Source: Eledone cirrhosa
Lineage: Eukaryota
Reading direction: 5' to 3'
Assembly: GCA_964016885.1 (NCBI GenBank)
Contig: OZ024750.1
Location: 37,448,001-37,512,000 of the forward strand
Length of the DNA: 64,000 nt
In this document: positions 43,701 to 56,900 of the stretch, in pieces
Layout of the letters: the number at the start of each line of letters is the position of its first letter
How positions within the stretch are numbered: position 1 is the stretch's first letter
Made by a program: the position numbers and the translations under genes
Notes under the pieces: model-generated
Told to the model about the DNA's origin: nothing
What the model saw: only the letters and a program-made list of their open reading frames with translations
Database searches by the model: none

Positions 43701-46700
43701 AAAATGATCAATTTGTGAAAAACCTAAAATAATCAATTCGTTTATACTTTTCGAAATATTTACTTCTGATTTCTAAAATTGATTTTTTTAGGTTTTTCAC
43801 AAATTGATCATTTTACACAGTATTTGGAAAAAATGCATTGTTTCGACACGTTGAAAAATTTTTTAAAAATACAAAATATATATCAATTTTCGAAATCAGA
43901 AAGTATATATTTCGAAAGAAAAAAAATTAATCTTTTTTGAAAAAAAACAATTTTTCGAAATACTGTGTAAAATGATCAATTTGTGAAAAACCTAAAATAA
44001 TCAATTTTTTTATACCTTTCGAAATATTTACTTCTGATTTCTAAAATTGATTTTTTTTAGGTTTTTTACAAATTGATCATTTTACACAGTATTGGGAAAA
44101 AATGCGTTTATACATTATGTTTCGACACGTTGAAAAATTTTTTAAAAATACAAAATATATATGAATCATTTTACACAGTATTTGGAAAAAATATTTTATT
44201 TCAAAAAAATGTGTTTATACATTGTGTTTCGACACGTTGAAAAATATTTGAAAAATACAAAATATATATCAATTTTCGAAATTAGAAAGTATATATTTCG
44301 AAAGAAAAAAAATCAATCTTTTTTGAAAAAAAATTTTTCGAATTACTGTGTAAAATGATCAATTTGTGAAAAACCTAAATTAATAAATTTTTTTATAATT
44401 TTAGAAATATTTACTTCTGATTTCTAACATTGATTTTTTTAGGTTTTACACAGTATTTGGAATAAATGCGTTTATACATTATGTTTCGACACGTTGAAAA
44501 ATTTTTTAAAAATACAAAATATATATCAATTTTCGAAATCAGAAAGTATATATTTCGAAAGAAAAAAAATTAATCTTTTTTGAAAAAAAACAATTTTTCG
44601 AAATACTGTGTAAAATGATCAATTTGTGAAAAACCTAAAATAATCAATTTTTTATACTTTTCGAAATATTTACTTCTGATTTCTAAAATTGATTTTTTTA
44701 GGTTTTTCACAAATTGATCATTTTACACAGTATTTGGAAAAAATGCATTGTTTCGACACGTTGAAAAATTTTTTAAAAATACAAAATATATATCAATTTT
44801 CGAAATCAGAAAGTATATATTTCGAAAGAAAAAAAATTAATCTTTTTTGAAAAAAAACAATTTTTCGAAATACTGTGTAAAATGATCAATTTGTGAAAAA
44901 CCTAAAATAATCAATTTTTTAATACTTTTCGAAATATTTACTTCTGATTTCTAAAATTGATTTTTTTTAGCTTTTTCACAAATTGATCATTTTACACAGT
45001 ATTTGGAAAAAATATTTTTTTTCAAAAGAATGCGTTTATAAATTGTGTTTCGACACGTTGAAAAATACAAAATATATATCAATTTTCGAAATCAGAAAGT
45101 ATATATTTCGAAAGAAAAAAAATTAATCTTTTTTGAAAAAAAACAATTTTTCGAAATACTGTGTAAAATGATCAATTTGTGAAAAACCTAAAATAATCAA
45201 TTTTTTTATACTTTTCGAAATATTTACTTCTGATTTCTAAAATTGATTTTTTTAGGTTTTACACAGTATTTGCAAAAAAGGCGTTTATACATTTAGTTTC
45301 GACACGTTGAAAAATACAATATATATATCAATTTTCGAAATCAGAAAGTATATATTTCGAAAGAAAAAAAATCAATCTTTTTTGAAAAAAAACAATTTTT
45401 CGAAATACTGTGTAAAATGATCAAATGGTGAAAAACCTAAAATAATCAATTTTTTTATACTTTTCGAAATATTTACTTCTGATTTCTAAAATTGATTTTT
45501 TTAGGTTTTTCACAAATTGATAATTTTACACTATTTTGAAAAAATATTTTTTTTCAAAAAAATGCGTTTATACATTGTGTTTCGACACGTTGAAAAATAC
45601 AATTTATATATCAATTTTCGAAATCAGAAAGTATATATTTCGAAAGAAATAAAATCAATCTTTTTTGAAAAAAAACAATTTTTCGAAATACTGTGTAACA
45701 TGATCAATTTGTGAAAAACCTAAAATAATCAATTTTTTTATACTTTTCGAAATATTTACTTCTGATTTCTAAAATTGATTTTTTTAGGTTTTTCACAAAT
45801 TGATCATTTTACACAGTATTTGGAAAAATTGCGTTTATACATTGTTTCGACACGTTGAAAAATTTTTTAAAAATACAAAATATATATCAATTTTCGAAAT
45901 CACAAAGTATATATTTCGAAAGAAAAAAATCAATCTTTTTTGAAAAAAAACAATTATTCGAAATACTGTGTAAAATGATCAATTTGTGAAAAACCTAAAA
46001 TAATCAATTCGTTTATACTTTTCGAAATATTTACTTCTGATTTCTAAAATTGATTTTTTTAGGTTTTTCACAAATTGATCATTTTACACAGTATTTGGAA
46101 AAAATGCATTGTTTCGACACGTTGAAAAATTTTTTAAAAATACAAAATATATATCAATTTTCGAAATCAGAAAGTATATATTTCGAAAGAAAAAAAATTA
46201 ATCTTTTTTGAAAAAAAACAATTTTTCGAAATACTGTGTAAAATGATCAATTTGTGAAAAACCTAAAATAATCAATTTTTTTATACTTTTCGAAATATTT
46301 ACTTCTGATTTCTAAAATTGATTTTTTTTAGGTTTTTCACAAATTGATCATTTTACACAGTATTTGGAAAAAATATTTTTTTTCAAAAGAATGCGTTTAT
46401 AAATTGTGTTTCGACACGTTGAAAAATACAAAATATATATCAATTTTCGAAATCAGAAAGTATATATTTCGAAAGAAAAAAAATTAATCTTTTTTGAAAA
46501 AAAACAATTTTTCGAAATACTGTGTAAAATGATCAATTTGTGAAAAACCTAAAATAATCAATTTTTTTATACTTTTCGAAATATTTACTTCTGATTTCTA
46601 AAATTGATTTTTTTAGGTTTTACACAGTATTTGCAAAAAAGGCGTTTATACATTTAGTTTCGACACGTTGAAAAATACAAAATATATATCAATTTTCGAA

Positions 46701-47959
46701 ATCAGAAAGTATATATTTCGAAAGAAAAAAAATTAATCTTTTTTGAAAAAAAACAATTTTTCGAAATACTGTGTAAAATGATCAATTTGTGAAAAACCTA
46801 AAATAATCCATTTTTTTATACTTTTCGAAATATTTACTTCTGATTTCTAAAATTGATTTTTTTAGGTTTTTCACAAATTGATCATTTTACACAGTATTTG
46901 GAAAAAATGCATTGTTTCGACACGTTGAAAAATTTTTTAAAAATACAAAATATATATCAATTTTCGAAATCAGAAACTATATTTCGAAAGAAAAAAAATC
47001 AATCTTTTTTGAAAAAAAACAATTTTTCGAAATACTTTGTAAAATGATAGATTTGTGAAAAACCTAAAATAATCCATTTTTTTATACTTTTCGAAATATT
47101 TACTTCTGATTTCTAAAATTGATTTTTTTTAGGTTTTTCACAAATTGATCATTTTACACAGTATTTGGAAAAAATGCGTTATGTTTCGACACGTTGAAAA
47201 ATATTTGAAAAATACAAAATATATATCAATTTTCGAAATCAGAAAGTATATATTTCGAAAGAAAAAAAATCAATCTTTTTTGAAAAAAAACAATTTTTCG
47301 AAATACTGTGTAACATAATCAATTTGTGAAAAACCTAAAATAATAAATTTTTTTATACTTTTAGAAATATTTATTTCTGATTTCTAAAATTGACTTTTTT
47401 AGGTTTTTCACAAATTGATCATTTTACACAGTATTTGGAAAAAATGCGTTTATAGATTGTTTCGACACGTTGAAAAATTTTTTAAAAATACAAAATATAT
47501 ATCAATTTTCGAAATCAGAAAGTATGTATTTCGAAAGAAAAAAAATCAATCTTTTTTGAAAAAAAAACAATTTTTCGAAATACTGTGTAAATTGATCAAT
47601 TTGTGAAAAACCTAAAATAATCAATTTTTTTATACTTTTCGAAATATTTACTTCTGATTTCTAAAATTGATTTTTTTAGGTTTTTAACAAATTGATCCTT
47701 TTACACAGTATTTGGAAAAAATATTTTTTTTTAAAAATATGTGTTTATACATTGTGTTTCGACACGTTGAAAAATATTTGAAAAATTAAAAATATATATC
47801 AATTTTCGAAATCAGAAAGTATATATTTCGAAATAAATAAAATCAATCTTTTTTGAAAAAAAAACAATTTTTCGAAATACTGTGTAACATGATCAATTTG
47901 TGAAAAACCTAAAATAATCAATTTTTTTATACTTTTCGAAATATTTACTTCTGATTTCT

Positions 47960-50900
47960 AAAATTGATTTTTTTAGGTTTTTCACAAATTGATCATTTTA
48001 CACAGTATTTGGAAAAAATGTTTTCTTTCAAAAAAATGCGTGTATACATTGTGTTTCGACACGTTGAAAAATATTTGAAAAATACAAAATATATATCAAT
48101 TTTCGAAATAAGAAAGTATATATTTCGATAGAAAAAAAAATCAATCTTTTTTGAAAAAAAACAATTATTCGAAATACTGTGTAAAATAATCAATTTGTGA
48201 AAAACCTAAAATAATCAATTCGTTTATACTTTTCGAAATATTTACTTCTGATTTCTAAAATTGATTTTTTTAGGTTTTTCACAAATTGATCATTTTACAC
48301 AGTATTTGTAAAAAATTTTTTTTTTCAAAAAAATGCGTTTATACATGGTGCTTCGACACGTTGAAAAATATTAAATATATATCAATTTTCGAAATCAGAA
48401 AGTATGTATTTCGAAAGAAAAAAAATCAATCTTTTTTGAAAAAAAACAATTTTTCGAAATACTGTGTAAAGTGATCAATTTGTGAAAAACCTAAAATAAT
48501 CAATTTTTTTATACTTTTCGAAATATTTACTTCTGATTTCTAAAATTGATTTTTTTAGGTTTTTCACAAATTGATCATTTTACACAGTATTTGGAAAAAA
48601 TATTTTTTTTCAAAAAAATGTGTTTATACATTGTGTTTCGACACGTTGAAAAATATTTGAAAAATTAAAAATATATATCAATTTTCGAAATCAGAAAGTA
48701 TATATTTCGAAAGAAAAAAATCAATCTCTTTTAAAAAAAAACAATTTTTCGAAATACTGTGTAAAATGATCAATTTGTGAAAAACCTAAAATAATCAATT
48801 TTTTTATACTTTTCGAAATATTTACTTCTGATTTCTAAAATTGATTTTTTTAGGTTTTTCACAAATTGATCATTTTACACTATTTGGAAAAAATATTTTT
48901 TTTCAAAAAAATGCGTTTATACATTGTGTTTCGACACGTTGAAAAATACAATATATATATCAATTTTCGAAATCAGAAAGTATATATTTCGAAAGAAAAA
49001 AAATCAATCTTTTTTGAAAAAAAACAATTTTTCGAAATACTGTGTAAAATGATCAATTTGTGAAAAACCTAAAATAATCAATTTTTTTATACTTTTCGAA
49101 ATATTTACTTCTGATTTCTAAAATTGATTTTTTTAGGTTTTTCACAAATTGATAATTTTACACTATTTGGAAAAAATATTTTTTTTCAAAAAAATGCGTT
49201 TATACATTGTGTTTCGACACGTTGAAAAATACAATTTATATATCAATTTTCGAAATCAGAAAGTATATATTTCGAAAGAAAAAAAATCAATCTTTTTTGA
49301 AAAAAAACAATTTTTCGAAATACTGTGTAAAATGATCAATTTGTGAAAAACCTAAAATAATCAATTTTTATATACTTTTCGAAATATTTACTTCTGATCT
49401 CTAAAATTGATTTTTTTAGGTTTTTCACAAATTGATCATTTTACACAGTATTTGGAAAAAATGTTTTCTTTCAAAAAAATGCGTTTATACATTGTGTTTC
49501 GACACGTTGAAAAATATTTGAAAAATACAAAATATATATCAATTTTCGAAATAAGAAAGTATATATTTCGATAGAAAAAAAATCAATCTTTTTTGAAAAA
49601 AAACAATTATTCGAAATACTGTGTAAAATAATCAATTTGTGAAAAACTTAAAATAATCAATTCGTTTATACTTTTCGAAATATTTACTTCTGATTTCTAA
49701 AATTGATTTTTTTAGGTTTTTCACAAATTGATCATTTTACACAGTATTTGGAAAAAATTTTTTTTTTCAAAAAAATGCGTTTATACATTGTGCTTCGACA
49801 CGTTGAAAAATATTAAATATATATCAATTTTCGAAATCAGAAAGTATGTATTTCGAAAGAAAAAAAATCAATCTTTTTTGAAAAAAAACCATTTTTCGAA
49901 ATACTGTGTAAAGTGATCAATTTGTGAAAAACCTAAAATAATCAATTTTTTTATACTTTTCGAAATATTTACTTCTGATTTCTAAAATTGATTTTTTTAG
50001 GCTTTTAACAAATTGATCCTTTTACACAGTATTTGGAAAAAATATTTTTTTTTAAAAATATGTGTTTATACATTGTGTTTCGACACGTTGAAAAATATTT
50101 GAAAAATTAAAAATATATATCAATTTTCGAAATCAGAAAGTATATATTTCGAAAGAAATAAAATCAATCTTTTTTGAAAAAAAACAATTTTTCGAAATAC
50201 TGTGTAACATGATCAATTTGTGAAAAACCTAAAATAATCAATTTTTTTATACTTTTCGAAATATTTACTTCTGATTTCTAAAATTGATTTTTTTAGGTTT
50301 TTCACAAATTGATCATTTTACACAGTATTTGGAAAAAATGTTTTCTTTCAAAAAAATGCGTGTATACATTGTGTTTCGACACGTTGAAAAATATTTGAAA
50401 AATACAAAATATATATCAATTTTCGAAATAAGAAAGTATATATTTCGATAGAAAAAAAAATCAATCTTTTTTGAAAAAAAACAATTATTCGAAATACTGT
50501 GTAAAATAATCAATTTGTGAAAAACCTAAAATAATCAATTCGTTTATACTTTTCGAAATATTTACTTCTGATTTCTAAAATTGATTTTTTTAGGTTTTTC
50601 ACAAATTGATCATTTTACACAGTATTTGTAAAAAATTTTTTTTTTCAAAAAAATGCGTTTATACATGGTGCTTCGACACGTTGAAAAATATTAAATATAT
50701 ATCAATTTTCGAAATCAGAAAGTATGTATTTCGAAAGAAAAAAAATCAATCTTTTTTGAAAAAAAACAATTTTTGGAAATACTGTGTAAAGTGATCAATT
50801 TGTGAAAAACCTAAAATAATCAATTTTTTTATACTTTTCGAAATATTTACTTCTGATTTCTAAAATTGATTTTTTTAGGTTTTTCACAAATTGATAATTT

Positions 50901-53900
50901 TACACTATTTGGAAAAAATATTTTTTTTCAAAAAAATGCGTTTATACATTGGGTTTCGACACGTTGAAAAATACAATTTATATATCAATTTTCGAAATCA
51001 GAAAGTATATATTTCGAAAGAAAAAAAATCAATCTTTTTTGAAAAAAAACAATTTTTCGAAATACTGTGTAAAATGATCAATTTGTGAAAAACCTAAAAT
51101 AATCAATTTTTATATACTTTTCGAAATATTTACTTCTGATTTCTAAAATTGATTTTTTTAGGTTTTTCACAAATTGATCATTTTACACAGTATTTGGAAA
51201 AAATGTTTTCTTTCAAAAAAATGCGTTTATACATTGTGTTTCGACACGTTGAAAAATATTTGAAAAATACAAAATATATATCAATTTTCGAAATAAGAAA
51301 GTATATATTTCTATAGAAAAAAAATCAATCTTTTTTGAAAAAAAACAATTATTCGAAATACTGTGTAAAATAATCAATTTGTGAAAAACTTAAAATAATC
51401 AATTCGTTTATACTTTTCGAAATATTTACTTCTGATTTCTAAAATTGATTTTTTTAGGTTTTTCACAAATTGATCATTTTACACAGTATTTGGACAAAAT
51501 ATTTTTTTTCAAAAAAATGTGTTTATACATTGTGTTTCGACACGTTGAAAAATATTTGAAAAATTAAAAATATATATCAATTTTCGAAATCAGAAAGTAT
51601 ATATTTCGAAAGAAAAAAATCAATCTCTTTTAAAAAAAAACAATTTTTCGAAATACTGTGTAAAATGATCAATTTGTGAAAAACCTAAAATAATCAATTT
51701 TTTTATACTTTTCGAAATATTTACTTCTGATTTCTAAAATTGATTTTTTTAGGTTTTTCACAAATTGATCATTTTACACTATTTGGAAAAAATATTTTTT
51801 TTCAAAAAAATGCGTTTATACATTGTGTTTCGACACGTTAAAAAATACAATATATATATCAATTTTCGAAATCAGAAAGTATATATTTCGAAAGAAAAAA
51901 AATCAATCTTTTTTGAAAAAAAACAATTTTTCGAAATACTGTGTAAAATGATCAATTTGTGAAAAACCTAAAATAATCAATTTTTTTATACTTTTCGAAA
52001 TATTTACTTCTGATTTCTAAAATTGATTTTTTTAGGTTTTTCACAAATTGATAATTTTACACTATTTGGAAAAAATATTTTTTTTCAAAAAAATGCGTTT
52101 ATACATTGTGTTTCGACACGTTGAAAAATACAATTTATATATCAATTTTCGAAATCAGAAAGTATATATTTCGAAAGAAAAAAAATCAATCTTTTTTGAA
52201 AAAAAACAATTTTTCGAAATACTGTGTAAAATGATCAATTTGTGAAAAACCTAAAATAATCAATTTTTTTATACTTTTCGAAATATTTACTTCTGATTTC
52301 TAAAATTGATTTTTTTTAGGTTTTTCACAAACTGATCATTTTACACAGTATTTGGAAAAAAGGCGTTTATACATTGTTCCGACACGTTGAAAAATATTTG
52401 AAAAATTAAAAATATATATCAATTTTCGAAATCAGAAAGTATATATTTCGAAAGAAAAAAAATCAATCTTTTTTGAAAAAAAACAATTTTTCGAAATACT
52501 GTGTAAAATGATCAATTTGTGAAAAATCTAAAATCATCAATTTTTTTATAGTTTTCGAAATTTACTTTCTGATTTCTAAAATTGATTTTTTTAGGTTTTC
52601 CACAAATTGATCATTTTACACAGTATTTGGAAAAAATGCATTGTTTCGACACGTTGAAAAATTTTTTAAAAATACAAAATATATATCAATTTTCGAACTC
52701 AGAAACTATATTTCGAAAGAAAAAAAATCAATCTTTTTTGAAAAAAAACAATTTTTCGAAATACTGTGTAAAATGATAGATTTGTGAAAAACCTAAAATA
52801 ATCCATTTTTTTATACTTTTCGAAATATTTACTTCTGATTTCTAAAATTGATTTTTTTAGGTTTTTCACAAATTGATCATTTTACACAGTATTTGGAAAA
52901 AATATTTTTTTTCAAAAGAATGCGGTTATAAATTGTGTTTCGACACGTTGAAAAATACAAAATATATATCAAAAAGTATATATATCGAAATCAGAAAGTA
53001 TATATTTCGAAAGAAATAAAATCAATCCTTTTTGAAATATAACAATTTTTCGAAATACTGTGTAAAATGATCAATTTGTGAAAAACCTAAAATAATCAAT
53101 TCGTTTATACTTTTCGAAATATTTACTTCTGATTTCTAAAATTGATTTTTTTAGGTTTTTCACAAATTGATCATTTTACACAGTATTTGGAAAAAATGCA
53201 TTGTTTCGACACGTTGAAAAATTTTTTAAAAATACAAAATATATATCAATTTTCGAAATCAGAAAGTATATATTTCGAAAGAAAAAAAATTAATCTTTTT
53301 TGAAAAAAAACAATTTTTCGAAATACTGTGTAAAATGATCAATTTGTGAAAAACCTAAAATAATCAATTTTTTTATACTTTTCGAAATATTTACTTCTGA
53401 TTTCTAAAATTGATTTTTTTAGGTTTTTCACAAATTGATCATTTTACACAGTATTTGGAAAAAATGCATTGTTTCAACACGTTGAAAGATTTTTTAAAAA
53501 TACAAAATATATATCAATTTTCGAAATCAGAAAGTATATTTCGAAAGAAAAAAAATCAATCTTTTTTGAAAAAAAACAATTATTCGAAATACTTTGTAAA
53601 ATGATAGATTTGTGAAAAACCTAAAATAATCCATTTTTTTATACTTTTCGAAATATCTACTTCTGATTTCTAAAATTGATTTTTTTAGGTTTTTCACAAA
53701 TTGAACATTTTACACAGTATTTGGAAAAAATGCGTTATGTTTCGACACGTTGAAAAACTTTTGAAAAATTAAAAATATATATCAATTTTCGAAATCAGAA
53801 AGTATATATTTCGAAAGAAAAAAATCAATCTCTTTTGAAAAAAAACAATTTTTCGAAATACTGTGTAAAATGATCAATTTGTGAAAAACCTAAAATAATC

Positions 53901-56900
53901 AATTTTTTTATACTTTTCGAACTATTCACTTCTGATTTCTAAATTTGATTTTTTTAGGTTTTTCACAAATTGATCATTTTACACTATTTGTAAAAAATAT
54001 TTTTTTTCAAAAAAATGCGTTTATACATTGTGTTTCGACACGTTGAAAAATACAATATATATATCAATTTTCGAAATCAGTAAGTATATATTTCGAAAGA
54101 AAAAAAATCAATCTTTTTTGAAAAAAAACAATTTTTCGAAATACTGTGTAAAATGATCAAATGGTGAAAAACCTAAAATAATCAATTTTTTTATACTTTT
54201 CGAAATATTTACTTCTGATTTCTAAAATTGATTTTTTTAGGTTTTTCACAAATTGATAATTTTACACTATTTTGAAAAAATATTTTTTTTCAAAAAAATG
54301 CGTTTATACATTGTGTTTCGACACGTTGAAAAATACAATTTATATATCAATTTTCGAAATCAGAAAGTATATATTTCGAAAGAAATAAAATCAATCTTTT
54401 TTGAAAAAAAACAATTTTTCGAAATACTGTGTAACATGATCAATTTGTGAAAAACCTAAAATAATCAATTTTTTTATACTTTTCGAAATATTTACTTCTG
54501 ATTTCTAAAATTGATTTTTTTAGGTTTTTCACAAATTGATCATTTTACACAGTATTTGGAAAAATTGCGTTTATACATTGTTTCGACACGTTGAAAAATT
54601 TTTTAAAAATACAAAATATATATCAATTTTCGAAATCACAAAGTATATATTTCGAAAGAAAAAAATCAATCTTTTTTGAAAAAAAACAATTATTCGAAAT
54701 ACTGTGTAAAATGATCAATTTGTGAAAAACCTAAAATAATCAATTCGTTTATACTTTTCGAAATATTTACTTCTGATTTCTAAAATTGATTTTTTTAGGT
54801 TTTTCACAAATTGATCATTTTACACAGTATTTGGGAAAAATGTTTTCTTTCAAAAAAATGCGTGTATACATTGTGTTTCGACACGTTGAAAAATATTTGA
54901 AAAATACAAAATATATATCAATTTTCGAAATAAGAAAGTATATATTTCGATAGAAAAAAAAATCAATCTTTTTTGAAAAAAAACAATTATTCGAAATACT
55001 GTGTAAAATAATCAATTTGTGAAAAACCTAAAATAATCAATTCGTTTATACTTTTCGAAATATTTACTTCTGATTTCTAAAATTGATTTTTTTAGGTTTT
55101 TCACAAATTGATCATTTTACACTATTTGGAAAAAATATTTTTTTTCAAAAAAATGCGTTTATACATTGTGTTTCGACACGTTGAAAAATATTTGAAAAAT
55201 TAAAAATATATATCAATTTTCGAAATCAGAAAGTATATATTTCGAAAGAAAAAAATCAATCTCTTTTAAAAAAAAACAATTTTTCGAAATACTGTGTAAA
55301 ATGATCAATTTGTGAAAAACCTAAAATAATCAATTTTTTTATACTTTTCGAAATATTTACTTCTGATTTCTAAAATTGATTTTTTTAGGTTTTTCACAAA
55401 TTGATCATTTTACACTATTTGGAAAAAATATTTTTTTTCAAAAAAATGCGTTTATACATTGTGTTTCGACACGTTGAAAAATACAATATATATATCAATT
55501 TTCGAAATCAGAAAGTATATATTTCGAAAGAAAAAAATCAATCTCTTTTAAAAAAAAACAATTTTTCGAAATACTGTGTAAAATGATCAATTTGTGAAAA
55601 ACCTAAAATAATCAATTTTTTTATACTTTTCGAAATATTTACTTCTGATTTCTAAAATTGATTTTTTTAGGTTTTTCACAAATTGATCATTTTACACTAT
55701 TTGGAAAAAATATTTTTTTTCAAAAAAATGCGTTTATACATTGTGTTTCGACACGTTGAAAAATACAATATATATATCAATTTTCGAAATCAGAAAGTAT
55801 ATATTTCGAAAGAAAAAAAATCAATCTTTTTTGAAAAAAAACAATTTTTCGAAATACTGTGTAAAATGATCAATTTGTGAAAAACCTAAAATAATCAATT
55901 TTTTTATACTTTTCGAAATATTTACTTCTGATTTCTAAAATTGATTTTTTTAGGTTTTTCACAAATTGATAATTTTACACTATTTGGAAAAAATATTTTT
56001 TTTCAAAAAAATGCGTTTATACATTGTGTTTCGACACGTTGAAAAATACAATTTATATATCAATTTTCGAAATCAGAAAGTATATATTTCGAAAGAAAAA
56101 AAATCAATCTTTTTTGAAAAAAAACAATTTTTCGAAATACTGTGTAAAATGATCAATTTGTGAAAAACCTAAAATAATCAATTTTTTTATACTTTTCGAA
56201 ATATTTACTTCTGATTTCTAAAATTGATTTTTTTTAGGTTTTTCACAAACTGATCATTTTAAACAGTATTTGGAAAAAAGGCGTTTATACATTGTTTCGA
56301 CACGTTGAAAAATTTTTTAAAAATACAAAATATATATCAATTTTCGAAATCAGAAAGTATATATTTCGAAAGAAAAAAAATCAATCTTTTTTGAAAAAAA
56401 ACAATTTTTCGAAATACTGTGTAAAATGATCAATTTGTGAAAAACCTAAAATAATCAATTTTTTTATACTTTTCGAAATATTTACTTCTGATTTCTAAAA
56501 TTGATTTTTTTAGGTTTTTCACAAATTGATCACTTTACACAGTATTTGGAAAAATTGCGTTTATACATTGTTCCGACACGTTGAAAAATTTTTTAAAAAT
56601 ACAAAATATATATCAATTTTCGAAATCAGAAAGTATGTATTTCGAAAAAAAAAAATCAATCTTTTTTGAAAAAAAACAATTTTTCGAAATACTGTAAAAT
56701 GATCAATTTGTGAAAAACCTAAAATAATCAATTCGTTTATACTTTTCGAAATATTTACTTCTGATTTCTAAAATTGATTTTTTTAGGTTTTTCACAAATT
56801 GATCATTTTACACAGTATTTCGAAAAATTGTTTTTTTTCAAAAAAATGCGTTCATACATTGTTTCGACACGTTGAAAAATATTTGAAAAATTAAAAATAT

